Shown: positions 36,138-47,622, numbered from the whole stretch's first letter. The stretch is 60,461 nt of DNA, filler included, from Nemertoderma westbladi (GCA_032718475.1; 2 parts of 2 records of this genome joined end to end with filler, not necessarily neighbours in it); one strand, 5' to 3'. A program made the numbers and translations. Notes: generated from the sequence alone by a model not told the origin.

Positions 36138-36494
36138 TTATCCACTAGAACTCGATGTAACAGATTCCTTGCCATCAATAACTTTCAGCCATTGGTTCCT
36201 GACTTTTATACTTACGAACCAAAACTTCTCCTTCACTTTGCCCTTTTTCATTAACTGAATTCCATGCACTAACGATTTCCTGTTCTCACCACGAGTTGTG
36301 GTTATTGTTTCTGCCGTGAACTCGTCTAAAGCGTAGATTTTTTCTTTGTTTTTCTGTATTAAGGAACAATCTCGTGTTATGCTCAATATGTTTTTGTTCT
36401 CTCCGGTGGACTTTATTTCTCCCCAATATTGTTTCGGTTTTTTTTCGCCTTTATCTTTGTAAATGATTCCTTCCTTTTCAAATGTCAATTTTCT
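36138..36494 (-). CDS. PH-like gene, paralogue 2, terminal exon (PH-domain-like)
   Basis: T-tract..GATAG|AGA AAA TTG, phase 0; 'KEGIIYKDKG..KQYW..FWFVSIKVRNQWLKVI' follows the PH strand/C-terminal Trp-helix pattern. Confidence 0.65.
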   Translation of the reverse strand, partial: RKLTFEKEGIIYKDKGEKKPKQYWGEIKSTGENKNILSITRDCSLIQKNKEKIYALDEFTAETITTTRGENRKSLVHGIQLMKKGKVKEKFWFVSIKVRNQWLKVIDGKESVTSSSSG

Positions 36495-36599
36495 CTATCA
36501 ACCATAAAAAAAAGTTATATATACAGTAGTACATACAAGCCAACACATATGCGATCGAAATTTATTGCCAGAATAGAAAATAATACCAATATTAATTTT

Positions 36600-36935
36600 T
36601 AATCACTCCTAAACCTGATAGCTTGGCAAGTAAAGTATTCCGTTACACAGTGTCAAACGCTTTTGCGAAATCCGCAAAAACGCAGTAGACATGCCCACTG
36701 GGTTGACTAAGTCTTCTCATGAAGACGCTTTACAGCCATAATTGTTGATCACCCCTTTCTGAAACCGAATTGCTCATCCTGGGAAGATATTAAAAGTCTC
36801 GGTCCATTCGTATAAACTTGAGCGAGTAACGCTGTATAGCATTTGAACAGACAAGACAGCATGGCGATACTGCGATAACAGTGTGGCTATTTTTTGGGCC
36901 TCGCTCTCGTATAAGGAGAATAAATATGACGTTAG
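36600..36935 (-). mobile_element. Degenerate LINE RT fragment
   Basis: Minus-strand 'YRSIAMLSCLFKCYT', 'EQFGFRKG', 'DFAKAFDT'. Confidence 0.7.
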
Positions 36936-36978
36936 CCATATAATCAGACCAGATTTATTCCTCCCTGGGGTCTGCCAG

Positions 36979-37049
36979 CTCCACTTTGTGTTTACACAGA
37001 GAATTAATGGGATGTATTATTAAGTGGCGTATGGCGTGCCCTCGTGCAG
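36979..37049 (+). CDS. Unidentified gene X, 71-nt exon (phase 2 to 1)
   Basis: CTGCCAG|C..GCAG|GTAAAG; (C)STLCLHRELMGCIIKWRMACPRA; phases join 35761-35958 to 40736-40860 without stops. Confidence 0.55.
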
Positions 37050-37401
37050 GTAAAGTAGATGGCGTGGCCTCGTGCCAGTAAAGTAGATGGCGTGCCCTCG
37101 TGCAGGTAAAGTAGATGGCGTGCCCTCGTGCCAGTAAAGTAGATGGCGTGCCCTCGTGCCAGTAAAGTAGATGGCGTGCCCTCGTGCCAGTAAAGTAGAT
37201 GGCGTGCCCTCGTGCCAGTAAAGTAGATGGCGTGCCCTCGTGCCAGTAAAGTAGATGGCGTGCCCTCGTGCCAGTAAAGTAGATGGCGTGCCCTCGTGCC
37301 AGTAAAGTAGATGGCGTGGCCTCGTGCCAGTAAAGTAGATGGCGTGCCCTCGTGCCAGTAAAGTAGATGGCGTGGCCTCGTGCCAGTAAAGTAGATGGCG
37401 T
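37031..37401 (+). repeat. 28-bp tandem array (~13 units) built from exon tail plus splice donor
   Basis: First unit ATGGCGTGCCCTCGTGCAG|GTAAAGTAG; most later units read GTGCCA|GTAAAGTAG. Confidence 0.93.
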
Positions 37402-37669
37402 TCCCTCTGAGGTCTTTAAAATTAATGAGTGTTTTGCGTTCCTTCACCACATTATTGTGCACGTGAATAGGACAAAGAGAGTCCCTCAAGAAATAAAAAT
37501 TTAAGAAAAAGTTGGTCCCAGCCCCAAAAAATGGTAAACTACTAACTTATAGATATTTTTGTGGAATCTCATTAATCATTTCGTCACCACCATGCAATCC
37601 ACACTTGGCAAACCCAATGCAGCGTGCATTAAGAATGCTATGCTGGCTTAACAAAGAAAGACAGATGTG

Positions 37670-38122
37670 GGCTATTATCTTTGTTTACTTTTTTAAGGTG
37701 TTCGACTCAGCACTCTATCGACCACGTATGTTCGGCATGCTTGCTGCATATGGGATTCCTGGGGAGATTATTGCAGCTATCAGATCACCGTATGGTGGTT
37801 CAACCACATTTACGTATACTGCTGATTGTGACGCAGATCCATTCAAAATCTTATAGGGAGTCCTTCAGGGTAACACACACATACTTTCACCATTCTAACT
37901 CATAATTGTGGTTGATTATGTTCAATGCATGTCCTTTTGAACTTCTTAATACTGGCACAAGAAGTAAGGGAAATCCAACAAAGCACCTTACTTATCTAGA
38001 CTTTGCGGATGACTTATAGGTACTGTCAGACTCACTAGAGGGAGCCCAAAGGCTCCTCTGATCATTGGAGCAGGTTGCTTCTAGTGTTGGTATTTTTGTA
38101 AACTCCAAGAAGACAAAAACTT
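37670..38122 (+). mobile_element. Degenerate RTE RT fragment
   Basis: 'FKVFDS..RMFGMLAAYGIP', GVLQG, 'LDFADD'; similar to the 31577-32550 family. Confidence 0.75.
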
Positions 38123-38124
38123 TT

Positions 38125-38640
38125 TAGGAACCTCTACCTAATTGAATGTATGGTTTTAAAAGAATATCCATTAAGGTGCTTAAACCTTTTGTGGGGCAAT
38201 GTTGGCCAACACCAATACATCTAAATGTAAGGTCTGCAGGATTTGGTAAGTTCAATATATCAGATTGTTGATTCATATTGTCAACCCAACTCGGTATTTT
38301 TATAGCTTCATGGATTTTTGGTAATCCGTAGGCCCTTGATGTTTCAAACTCCCAGTTTACCACCGTAATGCACTTCGTTTTTGATTATCATTTTACCTTA
38401 CGTTTTACAGTATTTATCTAACTTGGATATTATGTTATTGTCTACGTTTTTCACTAATTTTATATATGTTGAGTCATCACTTAGCATATTCGTCATCTCT
38501 TGAATGCAAAAGTTTCTGTCGGATATAAATTTCTAAATAATCAGGGGGAGTTGTTGAACTGGTTAGCGGTGCTGAGGAGGCCTAACTAGGGCCAACCTGT
38601 TCCGTATAACACTGGTTCATCGCCTCTGGGATCCCTCTCG
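38125..38640 (-). mobile_element. Penelope-like element RT fragment
   Basis: 'RAYGLPKIH...LTFR.I...PTKGLSTLMDILLKP' matches the PLE RT YGLPKxH/RPI region. Confidence 0.75.
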
Positions 38641-38849
38641 TCTTAAATTTATGTTTAGAAACATCTATCAGGTCGCCGTGCTGCATTACAGCTGCATTGA
38701 GTAAGGTATGCCATTAATCAATAACATTGGGCTGCCGAAACGCCTATACATTTTGTAATTGAAAATAATTTAAAATATTAACAACTTTTTTATACAGTAG
38801 AGTCAAATAAAATTAAAAGGATTTTATAATAATTAATTATGCAACTTGC

Positions 38850-39359
38850 CCTTTTGGATTCGTCCATTGAGTTGTTGATGTGTCGAAGAAAGAATGAGGA
38901 CAATATGGCAACATCATGTTCGTTAGCAGTTTGTATGTTAATTCGAAATTTCTTTTCATTTTTCTTCTTGTCTCTAAAGATTGAAAGTCCACCACCGCCT
39001 TTTGCCCCAGGAAATGATCGATCAAAACGATGAGTTTGATATACTGTGATAGGGCCTTTACGCAAAGACAATAACCACTCGATAAAGTTTGCCTTTTCCT
39101 TAAATTTGAACATGAAGATTTCCTTTCCCCCTTTTACGTTTTCCTGTAAAAACTGATCTAAGACTGGTATAAAAGAGAGACCCTCAGATTCAAGACTATA
39201 TGACCCTAAATTATACTGTGTCATCAGATCGGGAGAGATTACCCATATTGACTCATCTGACAGATCGTCGAGAAGTTGTCCACGAATTGCATCATTGCTC
39301 TCTAGTGATGGGAGAATTAATTTATCTTCACTATCCTCATTCTTTATTTTACGTGGCAT
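38850..39359 (-). CDS. PH-like gene, paralogue 2, exon 1
   Basis: ATG-started, 170 codons, ends ESKR at AGG|GCAAGT (GC donor, phase 0) followed by AT-rich intron-like DNA; in frame with the 36494 acceptor. Confidence 0.62.
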
Positions 39360-40735
39360 TTTGCATCGATTATTATTTAATACAATAATTTACATTTACA
39401 TATGATAAAGTCCAGTAGAAACTTCCCTACATAGCAGAACTAAGAATCAACTGCATTGTTGCTTTGTTTTCATCTCATTATTGATTTTTATAATTCTACC
39501 AATATGTAGCCCTAACAGTTAAGTGCTGAAGTATTTACTACTGTTTTCATAAAAAATGGATGGCTATAATGAACCGCTACTTTTTAGATTTTTGTTTTGC
39601 TATGTAATTGTTCTGGAACATTAGTCTTAGATAATATTTATTAACGTAGCTAGTGTTTTTTTACTAGCTAGTGGGGGGGGGGGGGGGGGGGGATGTATTT
39701 TGAAATTATAAAACAAATGTGAAAACATTGATATTTCAGAATTAAACTGTTGCAGAATAATATTGATTGCAAAAATATTGATGATATTATAACAGTTTAC
39801 AGCTTTTAGGCCTATATTAAACATGGTTTGTTACTTTTTGAACATCGTGTGGCGGTACAGTTTTCTGAATCTAAATTCAGCAAAGTGCCCCTGAATGAGA
39901 TCCAGTTATTACAGTATTTATGTCTCTATTATTGAAGGATTATTGAAGAAACCCCTGCGGTTTTTAATTTTTGAATAACTCGAAAGAGGGTAGGTACAGT
40001 TGTAGTAGTAGGGTGGTAGGCATACCTACTGTAAGTAGGAGGTAGTAGGCCTACTGCTGTACTGTATTTAGTATTGAAGTGGAGACAAGACGATATAATT
40101 TGGCTACATATAACTTTGAGTGTAGATCATGTTCCTAGCTACGTACTTTAATATCATATTCTAGAACATGTTGTCAAGATTTCAAAGAAATTATCAAAAG
40201 CATAACCATTGTATTAGATAATCTATAAGAAACCGAGCAATAGCTTTCAAGTAGTGTAGATCGATTTCTTAGCTGCTAGAAGTGTTATGGTGGGGGGGGG
40301 GGGGGGGGGATGAAAAGAAAACTACTTTTTTGGTGACGGGTTAGCATTCTTTTGTACTATAAATCTCTATATGTTGGGGGCCTAATGTGCTTGACTTATT
40401 CATGCAGTAGAAGTTGTATCCTTTTTTCTACGAAATTCGGTCATAATATAGCCGAATAGATCCTATAGGAAAATCACGGAGCAAAATTTTGAACTAGCAA
40501 CTTTTTTCGAAAATCTCGAAAATGTCCAAATTTTAAATCTTAGAATCTTTTCAGATTGTTGTTGTCAAATTTCTTAGAAAAGGTTGAGAATGGCGATTCG
40601 AAAGTCCTCCAAATCGCTTTTTAGGCAAGGGGATTTAGGTGGATGCTCGAATAATGGCGAATATCTCCATATTATTAAGATATGGACTTGAAAACATGTC
40701 GTAGGCCTATCCAATCTAAATCGGTTGCGTTTCAG

Positions 40736-40860
40736 ATGAGCCCATTTCTAGAGCCCTAGAGCAGTTAAGCGAATTCAAGGTACCAGACCAAAGGCGGAAA
40801 CAAACTGATGCGGGTGTATCCATGGAAACAATGATCAACAACGAAGTAGTACAATGCTAG
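40736..40860 (+). CDS. Unidentified gene X, terminal exon
   Basis: GCGTTTCAG|AT, phase 1; (D)EPISRALEQLSEFKVPDQRRKQTDAGVSMETMINNEVVQC*; AATAAA at ~40945; convergent with SCAP. Confidence 0.55.
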
Positions 40861-41154
40861 AGGTCAGGGAATTTGAGCATCGAAAAGATAATTATCGTTC
40901 GGTTATTTATATTCTATTTAATATAAATAATTGGCGGTGTGGTTAATAAATACATTGCAAATTTCACCCAAACTAGGGGTGGTGTACCACCGAAAATATA
41001 AACACAATAATTAGATTGCAAATAAATATATATATTGATGTGATTAAAAAAAATATACAAATAGCTCCAGAGAAAATAGTATTATAATATATGATAAATT
41101 TTGAACAAATGTATGAATTTGTAATTCAATAAAAAAAATGCATTATAATTACGA

Positions 41155-44100
41155 TTATTTATCCTCAAAATCAGAAAACTTCAAAACGTATAAATCGGTA
41201 TTGAGAGAAGTGATGACCCTGTTGGATTGGTAGAGTATGGTTGAATACGGGGGTTGCCAAGGATGGGAGATGAAATAGGTAGCGGAGTCGGTTGAGTCAG
41301 TGCGGGGTGACTCTCTGAGATACACGCCGTCCAGCCCAGGGATCGCGAGCATATTCCCTAACAAAATACCTAAACTGGAGACAACCTCCACGTCCATGGC
41401 GCCTATCTTAATCCCCGTTATTATATCGTAGATGTACAACCGCTTGTCGTCGCCTAGAGACGCGACCCACGACCCGTAGCAGACCACGCTGCGGGTCGGC
41501 CCGCGGTGGCCAGCCAGTCTGCGGACGCACAGACCCGACGGGACGCTCCAGACCCAGACCTCCCCGGTGGCGCTCCCACTAACCGCCATAGACTTGTCTC
41601 GGTCCACCGCCAGCGCGGTCACCTTCCCGGAATGTCCGACCATCCGAACGAAATGCCGTCGCTCGCCGTTGGAGGGCGACGGATCTATAACCGCGAGACT
41701 AGAGTCCCTACTTCCGGTCACAGTGTACCTGTCTAGCAGCTCCAGGGCCACCACACTCGCATCGTGGGGGGTCGTCTGGTCCACCACGGACACCTCCATC
41801 GCCTCGTCCACATCGACGTGTTCCACGATGCCGTTAACTCGACCGACAACGAGTCGCGTCCCGCAGTGGACTCGCCGCGCGCGCAGCACTGTGACACCCA
41901 TCCCGCCATCGGAACCTCCCCCTCCTCCTCCCACCGGCCCCTTATAGACCCCCACCAACCCGCCGTTCGTTGCCTCCCATATCTCTACGTGTCCCAACAT
42001 CGTCCCTGAGAAAACCAACTCACGTGAAACCGCGACGCACCAGACCGGCGAACGGAATGCTGTGAGCGCCTCAGAACGAACCCCAAGGTCCTCGGTTCGA
42101 CCCCGACTCACATCCAACCGATTCCTTTCCAACTTCCTCAACCGAAGTTTTTCTCCTAATTTCTGCTTATCCGAGTCGGATAGTTTCCGCACAGACCGGA
42201 GTACGACGTCCCGCGCTGCATTAACCTGTCGGTCGATGCGACAGTGCGGGGTGTCGGACCCCTGTCGGAGATCCCACACCAACATCTCTCCGTCCAGCCC
42301 CACGCTCACCGCCCGGGGGCCGTCGCTGGCGACCAGATCCACGTGACTGCGGTGTCCCACGAGCCGCGATACGGACGAGCGGAACGCGGGATCCCCGCGG
42401 GACTCCAGCGGGTCGTACCGCCCCGGCCACACGGCCTTCCCGGTGTCCCGAGCGCCCAGGCAGCGGTACAACAGGGACAGCAATGCGATGAGAACCGCCC
42501 CGCAGAGGAACGACACACCGGTAACCAACGGGATGTCCCACAGCATCGAGCGGTCGCGCGGCAACAGTTTGCCGCGGAATAGATCGCGTTGCTGCGAGAT
42601 GCGATCCTCGTCGGAGGAGCGAGCGGCGAGAGCAGAACGAGGCGATACGGAGAGGGAAAGATGTCGGGTTGGGAGGAAGGAGATGTAGGTACCAGCTAGA
42701 GAAATGTTATACAGCGAGAAGAGAGTCGGCCAATGGAGGTGGTGCGAGGAGTGGAGGAGCTGTCGGTTGGTTGGCTGACTGGTGAACCAATCCGATGAGT
42801 TGAGGTCTTCCGAGTCCCCCGTTATCCACCAGTAGTCGGCCTGGGTCGGGAAGTCTAAGTGCGGCTCGTTGGGCGTCGCGTTGCTGGGCTCGCTGCTAGG
42901 CGTGTCGGTGAGGCCACCACCGACGCTGTAACTGTAGAGGAAGACCGCGATCCAGAGAGCCGAGACGCCGATAGCGAGACGGTGGACGAACCTACTGGAA
43001 GCGAGGTAGAAGAAGATCTTGAGACGTCGCGATCCGCCTTCGGTTGACAACACCGGGCATCTCCTGTGCCTCGGATGGGGGTTCGGTTTGCGTGGCTGGG
43101 TGACAGTGCGGTTGGACTCGCAGTCGGTGACCCCGGGAGCGGCAGACGGAACGGCGGCGCCCTGGGAGATTAAATCGTCGAGTTCCAAACGGCGAATGTC
43201 GATGCTGAGGACCGGGATGAAGAACATCGTCTGGAGGAAGAAGTCGCAACAGAGCGCGACCGCGGCGAAGGAGCAGAACTCCTGTACCTGCGAGATAAAT
43301 GTAAAGAAGCCTAGGATAGAGAGGAATAGTTCAGTGAGGAAGTACTTGGTGATGGTGACGCCCTCCTTGCTGAGGCCCTCGGCGATACGGAGTTTCACGT
43401 CCTTGGTTGGGGGGGTGTGGACCACGGACTTGGTGAGCACGAGGATATTCTCGAAGCCAATAACAACAGCGAGGTAAGGGAAAATCTCACTGCTACGTAA
43501 AGCCGAACGCAGTCCGATAAACGAGCATATTCCTAACGACATACACAGCGATAGGGTGATCTGCATAACGGCGGCAAAAGCCAAACCCGATTTACTCTTA
43601 ACCATTTCGATCTTGCGAACCGAAAAATATACGTAGAGAAATAGAATTGAGTAAATAACTATAAAGGGGGTTAGTTCCGACCACGTTACTTCCGGTTTAA
43701 AGTAAACATGTAGAATAGAGGTATCGGAAGATTCTTCCCGGAAGGACACATTATATTTATCTAATAGATACGCAGTTTGCGCTGCGATAAACTGCGGGTC
43801 GTAGGAGTTGTAAACCAACGTAACGGCAAAACTGACCGGCCGTTGTTTATTACGAATAAAATATCGTTTTATCCCGGTGTCTTTCCACGATAAACCGAAT
43901 AATATATCCTTTAAAGGTACAGTTGTGTCTGTATACCCGTTTGGGATGTAGTAAATAGATTTAATAAAGGAAGGGTCATCCAGAAATCCGCGTTTATTCA
44001 ACCACATGCTTGTGGGAGACAGTAACACGCAATCGTGTGTTGGTAATAAAGTTTGAAGCAAAATGTTATTAACACCGCCAACTTTAAAGCACAAATCGTT

Positions 44101-44511
44101 TATTGTTTTAGCTGTTTTATCAGAATTTTCGATATTAAAATCACGTAAATGTTCGATGATATCGAATGCCTCTGCTAACGTCGCTTTATACGCATCAGAA
44201 GGAATCAAAAGTTGCCAGTTCCACGGGGATACTATCGCCTTTACCAGAAACTGTTGCACAAATATACCTGAGTCTTTCTGAAACCATATAGGGAATGTCG
44301 GGTGTAAAACATCTTTGGTTAGGTGCTGATTTTTTGTATTAATTATTGTGTTGTATTCATCGCGTGACGTCATAAATTCCACAGGTGCCGACCCAGGGGG
44401 AGGGTAGTAAAGGAGGGGAGAGCAGCAAAGTAAAGCGATGCACATAGTGAAGGAAAGGGTGGCTGCCGGATGGCTGGCGCAGAATAGCCCGTGGTAGTAG
44501 AAGTAGCCCAT
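41155..44511 (-). CDS. SCAP: SREBP cleavage-activating protein, apparently single coding exon
   Basis: N-terminal 'FYYHGLFCASHP'; sterol-sensing domain (YVYFSVRKIEMVKSK, EIFPYL..GFENILVLTKSV, QEFC.FA..DFFLQ, SIDIRRLELDDL); C-terminal WD40 repeats. First in-frame ATG is at 44511; the ORF track starts at a TTG at 44562. Confidence 0.96.
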   Translation of the reverse strand: MGYFYYHGLFCASHPAATLSFTMCIALLCCSPLLYYPPPGSAPVEFMTSRDEYNTIINTKNQHLTKDVLHPTFPIWFQKDSGIFVQQFLVKAIVSPWNWQLLIPSDAYKATLAEAFDIIEHLRDFNIENSDKTAKTINDLCFKVGGVNNILLQTLLPTHDCVLLSPTSMWLNKRGFLDDPSFIKSIYYIPNGYTDTTVPLKDILFGLSWKDTGIKRYFIRNKQRPVSFAVTLVYNSYDPQFIAAQTAYLLDKYNVSFREESSDTSILHVYFKPEVTWSELTPFIVIYSILFLYVYFSVRKIEMVKSKSGLAFAAVMQITLSLCMSLGICSFIGLRSALRSSEIFPYLAVVIGFENILVLTKSVVHTPPTKDVKLRIAEGLSKEGVTITKYFLTELFLSILGFFTFISQVQEFCSFAAVALCCDFFLQTMFFIPVLSIDIRRLELDDLISQGAAVPSAAPGVTDCESNRTVTQPRKPNPHPRHRRCPVLSTEGGSRRLKIFFYLASSRFVHRLAIGVSALWIAVFLYSYSVGGGLTDTPSSEPSNATPNEPHLDFPTQADYWWITGDSEDLNSSDWFTSQPTNRQLLHSSHHLHWPTLFSLYNISLAGTYISFLPTRHLSLSVSPRSALAARSSDEDRISQQRDLFRGKLLPRDRSMLWDIPLVTGVSFLCGAVLIALLSLLYRCLGARDTGKAVWPGRYDPLESRGDPAFRSSVSRLVGHRSHVDLVASDGPRAVSVGLDGEMLVWDLRQGSDTPHCRIDRQVNAARDVVLRSVRKLSDSDKQKLGEKLRLRKLERNRLDVSRGRTEDLGVRSEALTAFRSPVWCVAVSRELVFSGTMLGHVEIWEATNGGLVGVYKGPVGGGGGGSDGGMGVTVLRARRVHCGTRLVVGRVNGIVEHVDVDEAMEVSVVDQTTPHDASVVALELLDRYTVTGSRDSSLAVIDPSPSNGERRHFVRMVGHSGKVTALAVDRDKSMAVSGSATGEVWVWSVPSGLCVRRLAGHRGPTRSVVCYGSWVASLGDDKRLYIYDIITGIKIGAMDVEVVSSLGILLGNMLAIPGLDGVYLRESPRTDSTDSATYFISHPWQPPYSTILYQSNRVITSLNTDLYVLKFSDFEDK

Positions 44512-44974
44512 AACGGGAACACTGGCAGACAGGCAGACTGGGGTCGAAGGAGCCTCGAACAAACAAGCTCTCTCTCAACTGCTGAACTGTAAACTATCCT
44601 GTATCGCTGTATCCAATCGAATTATTGAAATATGAAAGATAGATAGGCCTACCCAAACCAGCAATCAGCCAAAAGCAGAATAAGCCTAGCAGCCTAGTTC
44701 TCGTAAATCGAAAATCCGTTAGGAACATTGGTCACTTTGCACTTTCTGGCTGGAGCTCAGCTAAACATAGTCCACATACTTACAACGACTGAACGATGAG
44801 ATTCTAATTCTCAAATTAATTTATAGTATACTGTAGTACCGGTACCGGTATTTGTATTATACAGTTCAGCAGTTATAGGCAATAGGCCTACAATCCGCCT
44901 ACATACAGACCTGCAGACATAATTTTATGGCGATTCTAACAGTCTAATGGAATTGCAGAATGCTGGAGTAACGG

Positions 44975-45191
44975 TCTGCAGACTGCAGCTGCAGCCTGCA
45001 TAGCATATATGTAGGCCTAGAGGCGTACAGGACAGGATTGTTATTTCCACTGCTGATTGCAGATCTAACCAGTACTGCTACTGCAGACTGCAGCTGCAGC
45101 CTGCATAGCATATATGTAGGCCTAGAGGCGTACAGGACAGGATTGTTATTTCCACTGCTGATTGCAGATCTAACCAGTACTGCTACTGCAG
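44975..45191. repeat. ~108-bp tandem duplication upstream of SCAP
   Basis: CTGCAGACTGCAGCTGCAGCCTGCATAGC...TACTGCTA present twice. Confidence 0.9.
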
Positions 45192-45974
45192 TCTGGCAAT
45201 GGCAGTCCCGGTAACGGTATCTGCCTGTGCTGCTGTGTGTCAAGGACAACGACAACTCTAATAAGTAGAGTTGTCCTTGGTATCTGTAGGACGACCTACT
45301 CCTGTACTCCCTGACTGCCCTACTGCAGTACTGCACTGCATACGTCAGTACGTGGATGTATCATGTATAGCTTTCATATTTAGCCGATATGTTTTAGTTT
45401 CAGTTTCAACAACAATAATTATAAGTACCGGTCAAAAGATTACTCTACTACAGTTAGTATAGTAGTCCTTTGTACCAGTATATATATACTATATAATCAA
45501 TGTTTAAATCATAATCAGCTGTTTTTACAAGCTTTAATAATAAATATACGGCTATAGTTTAAAAAAAAAAAATATAATCAATGTAATGTAAATTCTAAAA
45601 AAAACAAATTACGTACATGACGCATCCAAGCGGCCAGTTCACCACGCGATATTGGACACCTGCATACGGCTGGCGAACGCGGACACGGACTGCGGGGTTG
45701 CTGGGTAGTTCAGTTACTGCTGCGACGGACAGGATTAATAAATAATAATACTAAAAATAGTAAATTTCAATGATTTGGTGTTACTGTATTTTTGTATGTT
45801 TGAATTTCCCCCGTAAATACTAAATGTAGCCTATTGTAGTATATTTATATTATTATTGGCAAAATAAACGAAAGAGGGTTCAAAAAAAAAATTACTAAAA
45901 CTGACAAATAGAACTTACAAATACACATATGCAGCGGGCAGCATGCATCAGATTTGGTCGTACAAAAAATAATT

Positions 45975-47088
45975 ACAAGACAGAGCTCCATTATTCGTAA
46001 ATTACAAGCCGCCAAACATCTCTTGTAGCGCAATATAAAAAATTATGTTGTAGATTTGTGTGCATACAGACGTGCTTGTTTTCAGTGTGAAAAGGCAAAT
46101 CGAGAATTTGATATAAAACAAGAAGTAAACGTTCTCACTTGGAACTGAAAAAAGGCGTTCTATAAGTACGCCAAGAACCGGATAACTACGCGGTCATCCG
46201 TAGCTTCTCTGAAAGAAGTGATGGCTCATTGGTCATGTCAGATAATGAAAAAAGCGAATGGCTAATAGAGCAATTTTCTTCTTTTGGTGTTAATAATAAT
46301 AATATTGAACCACCGGCACCGTTTACTCCTGTAACGCCACAACTTTTTGATGTGCCTTGTATTTCTGAGCAAAAGGTTTACAAACATCTTTGTAAACTTC
46401 CACTGGAATACACAGGCACACCAGACAGTGTTCCTGTGGATGATCAGACACTTTTAAGGTATGAACTTTGTGCACATTTATGTAAATTTGTTTAATAATA
46501 ATAATTGAAGATATTTCTCACTTCTCCATAGAAACAAATTAATTAAATAATTAAATATTATGAACACTACTTCTGCAGCCTACAGTATACTGTAGATGTA
46601 TTAATAAAATATTTAGATGTTTCGTAACGTCACATAAAGACGAGTTGTAAACTGCCTATAAATGTTATTATAACTTTCGTTGGGCACAGCTTTTGCAAAG
46701 TCGGGAATGACGTCCAGGTGGGATCGAACTGGTGACCTCCGGTTTGGAAATCTGACGCTCTAATCATTCAGCTAGCGGCTCTATAACTATAACAACTATA
46801 AGTGTTATGTAAGACCAGTTCTAGAATACGCAAGTTGTATATGGAATCCATTTATGAAATGTAGACCTTTCTTTGGATTAACTGATAAATTGGATTCCGT
46901 ACAACGCTACTTGACTAGACGGTTATTTTTTCGTTGCCATATGAACCAACAATATATTGTTAGGCCATTCCTTTAAAATTCGGGGCCTTAAGTGCAACAC
47001 TAATTGTGTCAGCAATATATTTTTTAATCGCGTTGTTAATATTTGGAATGAACTTCCTACTTGTGTTGTCTCTAGTGCATCTGTAAAT
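45975..47088 (+). mobile_element. Degenerate CR1/L2-like LINE; 3' end resumes at 53345-53414
   Basis: 'RPVLEYASCIWNP', 'GHSFKI..FFNRVVNIWNELP..VVSSASVN' | 'IFKNKLQTVNFTKYAKFDRNL*', similar to the 3666-3869 C-terminus. Confidence 0.75.
46610..46781 (-). mobile_element. tRNA-derived SINE-like insertion
   Basis: Minus-strand AGCCGCTAGCTGAATGATTAGAGCG...AGTTCGATCCCACC (A/B boxes); not a clean cloverleaf. Confidence 0.55.
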
Positions 47089-47566
47089 CGTCCCTGTCTT
47101 GAAAGAACAACACAAGCGACATATTTTTCAAAAATCACTTTTTTATTGTTTCTGACTATTTAGAGCGCCCTCTACTGATCTATCGCGGTCTCGAAGGTTC
47201 AAAATCAACTGTTTAGAAGTTATAGGGCTGACCATAACAACTCAAGCGACATGTTTAGGTTGATCTAATGATAAGGCCAATTTTTTTATAACAACCTAAG
47301 CGACAACTTTTTATGTATACAATATTTCCATAGTAATCATGGGACTATCCAATGGAATAACACAAAAAGGCCATTGTTTTATAATAATAATAACTTACAA
47401 GAATGGCTCCATTTGAGCATGTTGTAGTAATAAACAGAAATTGAAATTGATAATGCAGTAAACACCTCGCTTACTTTCGTCGCTCGCCCCACATCGTTTA
47501 CGGAATATCTCGATAACTAATTACTAATTATTATCGTATATTCGTACCGTATGTCAGTATGTACCT

Positions 47567-47622
47567 TATACATACTTTGTTATACATACTTTGTTATACA
47601 TACTTTGTTATACATACTTTGT
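47567..47622 (-). repeat. 14-bp x 4 tandem repeat at a candidate donor
   Basis: Minus-strand unit ACAAA|GTATGTATA. Confidence 0.85.

Noticed and set aside
37004-37489. 161-aa minus-strand ORF
   Set aside because: Translation of the 28-bp array.
40816-40829. X-box GTATCCATGGAAAC
   Set aside because: Falls within a predicted coding exon (VSMET) at a gene 3' end; no independent support.
41506-43477. Multiple overlapping ORFs around SCAP (and antisense to the CREC and CRE ORFs)
   Set aside because: Shadow ORFs of GC-rich coding sequence with no recognisable motifs.
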